From the NCBI GenBank assembly GCA_964399075.1, contig CAYNPK010000001.1, forward strand, positions 268,400 to 332,399: 64,000 nt of DNA. Reading direction: 5' to 3'. The notes beneath the pieces are model-generated. The model saw only the letters and a list, made by a program, of their open reading frames with translations, did not search any database and was not told the DNA's origin. Position 1 is the first letter of the stretch, and each line of letters begins with the position of its first letter. This DNA comes from an uncultured Candidatus Saccharibacteria bacterium (GTDB lineage Bacteria; Patescibacteriota; Minisyncoccia; Phycocordibacterales; JACOZG01). Positions 59,627-64,000 of this stretch are shown here, piece after piece. The position numbers and the translations under genes are program-made.

Positions 59627-60862
59627 CTATTCATAACGCAAGGCCTCAATCGGACTTTTGTCTGCCGCGCGTTTAGCCGGATAAAGACCGAAGATGACAC
59701 CAACTCCGGCAGAAACTAAGACGCCCAAGATCGCCGCCTCGACAGGAAAAGTAAACGCCCAACCATCAGCCACCACTTTAGCTAAAACAAGCGAAGCGAC
59801 GAAAGAAATGAAAGCGCCGACAATGATACCAATCACACCGCCGGTGGTAGTTAAGACAATCGCTTCCCACAAAAATTGTCGAAGAATCGTTCGGCGCGTC
59901 GCGCCCAGCGCCTTGCGCAAACCAATTTCTTGAGTTCTCTCGGTTACCGAAACCAACATGATATTCATCACCCCAATCCCGCCAACCACCAGAGAAATTG
60001 CCACCACCGAAGCCAGGAAGGATGTTAAAATAAGCATAATAGTCGAAATCTGATCGATTAATCCCTGTTGAGTCATAACGGAAAAATCATCCTTTTGTCC
60101 CGGATGAAGGCCGTGAGACTCGCGCAGAGTAGCTACAATATCATGCTCCAACCGCTCAACACTGGAAGGACTGTCGGCTTTAGCAATAATCCGATGAAAA
60201 TAATTAGTCCCCAGCAAATAAGTTTGAGCCGTGGTGTATGGCATCAGAACTAGATCATCAATGTCAAACATGCTTCGCTGACCAGTCTTGGGATAAACAC
60301 CAATGATTCTAAATTGGGTATCTTTAATTGTAATCCGTTCACCGAGAGCGTCAGAAGCGCCAAATAATTCTTCTTTAACCTTAGAGCCAATAATCACGAC
60401 CCGAGAACGATTCTGAACATCCATATCAGAAAAGATAGTCCCCGGTGAAGGATAAACATTGAAAGTGGAACCAAAAAATTCCGCAATGGCACCAATCATG
60501 TAGGCTGGTCTATAGGTTTCCCCTCGGTAGGCAAGGCCACCGGGCACTACTACCACCGGCATCAGATCACTAAGATTGGGCACATTAGTTTTTCTACGGA
60601 GAGCGGTGATATCTCGATTGGTTAAAGAGTCGGAGAAAATTACCGACGGATCAGTCATGTCACCTGGTAAAATAACGACCGTCTCGGCCCCCATCTGGTT
60701 GACTTCGCTTAAAATTAAACCTTGAGCGCCTTGTCCCAAAGACATGATGATGATTATCGAAGCGACTCCAATAACAATGCCAAGAATAGTTAAAAATGAT
60801 CGAGCTTGATTAACCCGAATGGAGGCGAGGGCGAAACGTAAGGTATGTTTAAGCTTACTCAT
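59627..60862 (-). CDS. ABC transporter permease, FtsX/MacB type
   Basis: N-terminal TM, large periplasmic domain, C-terminal FtsX 3-TM bundle. Confidence 0.85.
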   Translation of the reverse strand: MSKLKHTLRFALASIRVNQARSFLTILGIVIGVASIIIIMSLGQGAQGLILSEVNQMGAETVVILPGDMTDPSVIFSDSLTNRDITALRRKTNVPNLSDLMPVVVVPGGLAYRGETYRPAYMIGAIAEFFGSTFNVYPSPGTIFSDMDVQNRSRVVIIGSKVKEELFGASDALGERITIKDTQFRIIGVYPKTGQRSMFDIDDLVLMPYTTAQTYLLGTNYFHRIIAKADSPSSVERLEHDIVATLRESHGLHPGQKDDFSVMTQQGLIDQISTIMLILTSFLASVVAISLVVGGIGVMNIMLVSVTERTQEIGLRKALGATRRTILRQFLWEAIVLTTTGGVIGIIVGAFISFVASLVLAKVVADGWAFTFPVEAAILGVLVSAGVGVIFGLYPAKRAADKSPIEALRYE

Positions 60863-60874
60863 TTGTTTGATTGA

Positions 60875-61594
60875 TTATTTAACAAATCCTGAAGAGGCCT
60901 GACGACGACTTTTAACCTTACTATCTTCAATAATTTTGCCATCAAAAATTTTAATAATCCTCTCGGCGTATTCTGCAGTATACGCCTCGTGAGTAATTAA
61001 CATAATAGTATGACCATGATCGGAGTGGAGTTTCTGCAAAATTTCCATCACGGCGCCACCAGAGATAGAGTCAAGATTGCCAGTTGGTTCATCAGCAAAG
61101 ATCACTCGTGGATCATTAACTAAGGCTCTAGCAATTGCCGTACGCTGTTTTTCCCCACCGGAGAGTTTGTAAGTCTGATAGTCACTGCGGTGACTAAGCC
61201 CCACCCTTTCAATCGCCTGGCTAATTCTTTTTGACCATTCGGATTCTGGTCGACGAGAATAAAGCAAAGGTAACTGAACATTTTCATAAACAGTATTACG
61301 ACCCAATAAATTGAAAGACTGGAAGACAAAGCCCATTTCTTCGTTCCTTACTCTGGCAATTTCATCATCAGAATACTGACTAAATTTTTTTCCGTTAAAT
61401 TTATAAACTCCATCCGTGTAATCAGCCAGAAAACCCAAGATATGAAGTAGGGTTGACTTACCCGAGCCTGAGGGTCCCACAATCGAAACAAATTCCCCCC
61501 GATCGATATTGAAAGAAAGTCCACGTAGAACTTCCGTCTTAGCTTCATCACTCTCGTAAGTCTTAACCAGATTGGCGACTTCAAACAAGGCCAT
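60875..61594 (-). CDS. ABC transporter ATP-binding protein (MacB/LolD-like)
   Basis: Walker [10 protein letters not shown]. Signature [15 protein letters not shown]. Walker B IFADEPTG. Confidence 0.9.
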   Translation of the reverse strand: MALFEVANLVKTYESDEAKTEVLRGLSFNIDRGEFVSIVGPSGSGKSTLLHILGFLADYTDGVYKFNGKKFSQYSDDEIARVRNEEMGFVFQSFNLLGRNTVYENVQLPLLYSRRPESEWSKRISQAIERVGLSHRSDYQTYKLSGGEKQRTAIARALVNDPRVIFADEPTGNLDSISGGAVMEILQKLHSDHGHTIMLITHEAYTAEYAERIIKIFDGKIIEDSKVKSRRQASSGFVK

Positions 61595-61613
61595 ATGACA
61601 ATTTGCAGTCTAA

Positions 61614-63104
61614 CTAACGAAGACGCTGCAACTCTTCGTCTTTAATAAAAGTAATAACCGTATCTCCATCGTGTAAACCAGAGGTAATTTCCACTCGACC
61701 ATCAGAACCGCGTAAACCAAGTTCGACTTCTTGCTCCCGAACTTTATCATCAGAAATTAAACGAACGAAAGTTCGCCCCTCTGACCGGATAATTGCCCGA
61801 CCTGGAACGGCCAAAACTCCGTCTCGAGATTCAGAAGAAATATCAACATCAGCCGACATGCCAACTTTAATTACCGAACTTTCGTCAACAAAATAAAGTT
61901 TGGTTTTAAAAACCGTAATCCCATCACGGACTTCAGCCACCGGTGAGACATAAGCCACCCTTAAAACAAAATTCTTATCCGGAAAAGCAGCAAAAGTGGC
62001 AAGAGCTTGATCGCCGACATTAACATTAGCAATATCTGCTTCGGGAATATATAAAACCACATGATAATCTTTATCAGAAATTAGAGAGATAGCTGGAGCG
62101 CCCGGTAAAACTGCTTCACCAACAGACACCGACACCGAACGGACTACTCCGCCAAACGGCGCAACAATTGTTAAGCGCGATAGGGCAATTTGTGCTGAAC
62201 GGACCACCGCGCGAGCTTGGGCCACCAAGGCTTCTTGAGTAGCAATCTGCTCTGAACTTGAACCCTCCAAACTTAGAGCTCTATCCGCTTCAGCTTGATC
62301 TCTGACCGCTAGCGCTTGTTCGTAAGCTCGACGATTGGCGACATAACTACTAGACCGAGTATTGGGAATTTCCACCAACCAGTCAATATCTCGGCCACGC
62401 ACAAAATCTTCTGGAAACTGGAGATATAATCCTTTAGTGCCTAATGCTTGCGGGCTAGACGTAGAAACTTCACCATTGCCAGATTCTAAACCAGAATAAC
62501 TGAAAGAGTAGCCAGACGAAGCAGAAGATTTGTACAAAGAAATATGATATTCTCCCTCATCGATAGCTTTATAAGAACCAGAAACTGTCGGTGGAGTAAA
62601 AGTCCAATCATCATTCTCATAAGAATTACCGACAAAATAAGCTTCTAAATCAGATGTTAAGAGTGTCTGACGGGCACTCTCTAGCGCCGTTTCTGCCACC
62701 TGCAGACGAGTAGACGCTGCGCGTTCTTGAATCACCGAGGAACCGGCTCTCATTTCCGCCAAGCGAGCTTCTTGGGCTCTTAGCGCCGCTTGCGCGTTAA
62801 CTAAATCAGTTTCTTTAGCAATGCGATCAAGAGAAGCCAAAGTTAAACCCGGAGAGACGAGCTCCCCCTCCCTCACCGCCACCTGTGACACGGTGCCAGA
62901 AACTTCAAAAGACAGCGTAACATCCTCATCCACCGCAACCACACCGGTGCCACTGACAACTTCACTTACCGTGGTGTGGCGAACTATCTCGGATTCAAAA
63001 TCAGCCTCACTGGAACGCAAAAAGACGTACCAAACAATGACCAAGATTACGACCACAATAATCCAAGTCCACGGCTTCTTAGCAAAATAAATAAATCTAG
63101 TCAT
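61614..63104 (-). CDS. HlyD/MacA-like periplasmic adaptor subunit
   Basis: N-terminal TM, long coiled-coil hairpin, C-terminal beta-barrel. Operon with the ABC pair. Confidence 0.7.
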   Translation of the reverse strand: MTRFIYFAKKPWTWIIVVVILVIVWYVFLRSSEADFESEIVRHTTVSEVVSGTGVVAVDEDVTLSFEVSGTVSQVAVREGELVSPGLTLASLDRIAKETDLVNAQAALRAQEARLAEMRAGSSVIQERAASTRLQVAETALESARQTLLTSDLEAYFVGNSYENDDWTFTPPTVSGSYKAIDEGEYHISLYKSSASSGYSFSYSGLESGNGEVSTSSPQALGTKGLYLQFPEDFVRGRDIDWLVEIPNTRSSSYVANRRAYEQALAVRDQAEADRALSLEGSSSEQIATQEALVAQARAVVRSAQIALSRLTIVAPFGGVVRSVSVSVGEAVLPGAPAISLISDKDYHVVLYIPEADIANVNVGDQALATFAAFPDKNFVLRVAYVSPVAEVRDGITVFKTKLYFVDESSVIKVGMSADVDISSESRDGVLAVPGRAIIRSEGRTFVRLISDDKVREQEVELGLRGSDGRVEITSGLHDGDTVITFIKDEELQRLR

Positions 63105-63490
63105 TATTCAGAAACTTTTGATATTTTCAACTTTATTTCTGTTTGATCCTCAGAAACACTAATTAGCGTAATCTCATAATCGTGCCAGCGCTTGGCTTCC
63201 CCAGCACCATCTAGCTCTTGATAAATAGCTAATTGATCTGTTCTATCGTCTTCTGATAAGTTTAAAATATAAACACCAGTGGTAGCCGAAAATGAAGAAT
63301 CCGGCTGACTTGAAGAATTCTCGTGTCCGTAAGATAAATATTTAATAATTAAATTATTAAACACCACTTGTTCTTCTCCAAGTTTCAAAGTTAATTTCTG
63401 ATTAGAATTATTAGACATAAAATTAAAAACCATCGCGACTATGATCAAGACTGATACTACAACAATTAGACCGTAAACAACAATTTTCAT
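63104..63490 (-). CDS. Hypothetical N-terminally anchored small protein
   Basis: TM VVYGLIVVVSVLIIVAMVF. Confidence 0.35.
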   Translation of the reverse strand: MKIVVYGLIVVVSVLIIVAMVFNFMSNNSNQKLTLKLGEEQVVFNNLIIKYLSYGHENSSSQPDSSFSATTGVYILNLSEDDRTDQLAIYQELDGAGEAKRWHDYEITLISVSEDQTEIKLKISKVSE

Positions 63491-63502
63491 ATTTTCTAGT
63501 TT

Positions 63503-63997
63503 CTAGTGTAGAGTCCAACCACCGTCAACCGCCAACACTTGGCCGGTAATATAATTAGACTTATCAGAAGCCAAGAATACCACCGCTTGGGCAATATCAT
63601 CTGGAGTACCCATTTGCTTCCAGGGAATACCGGCAATTGTTCCATTCTTCATCTCTTCCGTCATCGCTCCTGTTGCCCCCGACGTATCAATCGCGCCCGG
63701 CGCGACGGCGTTAACGTTTATTTTCCTATCAGCCAGTTCTAAGGCCAGAGCTCTTATCAAACCGTTAACACCGCTCTTAGAAGCGCAATAATGCGTCAGC
63801 CCCTCAAAGCCAATCAAGGAAGCAATCGAGGAAATGTTAACAATTTTCCCACCAGCCTTCATCTCTTTCACCGCCGCTTGAGAACACAAGAAAACGCTTT
63901 TTAGATTAACATCCAGCACCTTATCCCAATCAGCCTCCTTCATTTCAGTAAAAGAGACGAAAGGGAAAATACCAGCGTTATTCACCAAGATATCCAA
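63503..63997 (-). CDS. SDR family oxidoreductase (FabG-like), C-terminal part only. The gene continues past the window end.
   Basis: NNAG motif at the very start of the visible ORF. …SSIASLIGFEGLTHYCASKSGVNGL… contains the YxxxK catalytic dyad. Confidence 0.8.
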   Translation of the reverse strand: MDILVNNAGIFPFVSFTEMKEADWDKVLDVNLKSVFLCSQAAVKEMKAGGKIVNISSIASLIGFEGLTHYCASKSGVNGLIRALALELADRKINVNAVAPGAIDTSGATGAMTEEMKNGTIAGIPWKQMGTPDDIAQAVVFLASDKSNYITGQVLAVDGGWTLH

Positions 63998-64000
63998 CTT

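Noticed and set aside
60068-61584. Short ORFs inside the ABC ATPase and permease genes (e.g. 61348..61584, 61120..61329)
   Set aside because: They are antisense or out-of-frame overlaps of well-supported genes.

Overview
This 64 kb window reads like a small, AT-rich (about 45% GC) reduced bacterial genome of the Patescibacteria/CPR type. That placement is inferred from gene content only.

The window is mostly housekeeping genes on the minus strand. There is a 23S-5S rRNA pair with no 16S nearby. Ribosomal genes present are rplJ-rplL, rpsF-ssb-rpsR, secE-nusG-rplK and rplS. Other core genes include ftsK, recA, efp, six aminoacyl-tRNA synthetases (metG, glyQS, ileS, argS, tyrS), and a dTMP-synthesis cluster (dut-tmk-glyA, thyA-folA, dCMP deaminase). 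Four tRNAs are present (His, Leu, Val, Arg). There is a type IV pilus module (two pilins, PilM/N/O), a giant S8 protease carrying dockerin repeats, and a MacAB-like ABC efflux operon.

The standout is a complete diversity-generating retroelement (DGR).
- The reverse transcriptase (43753..44784) carries the GNLTSQ and YADD motifs.
- An Avd-like four-helix-bundle ORF sits next to it on the opposite strand.
- A 94-bp AAC-rich template repeat (45179..45272) lies between them and the targets.
- Two variable repeats match the template except at template adenines on the coding strand. VR1 is at the 3' end of an adjacent target gene. VR2 is about 13 kb away, in a truncated paralogous target.
- That second target is interrupted by a frameshift at a C6 tract. 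A G10 tract sits at the RT 5' end. Both target genes share a promoter and 5' UTR.

Other notable items:
- The IleRS carries a complete histidine-phosphatase (PGAM-like, RHG motif) domain inserted between the two halves of its zinc knuckle.
- A csrA gene, with a possible FliW-like partner upstream, sits in a GC-rich islet.
- Several GC-rich small orphan genes lie next to tRNAs.
- A tRNA-His encodes its own G-1.
- The expected neighbours rplA and rplI are missing next to rplK and rpsR.
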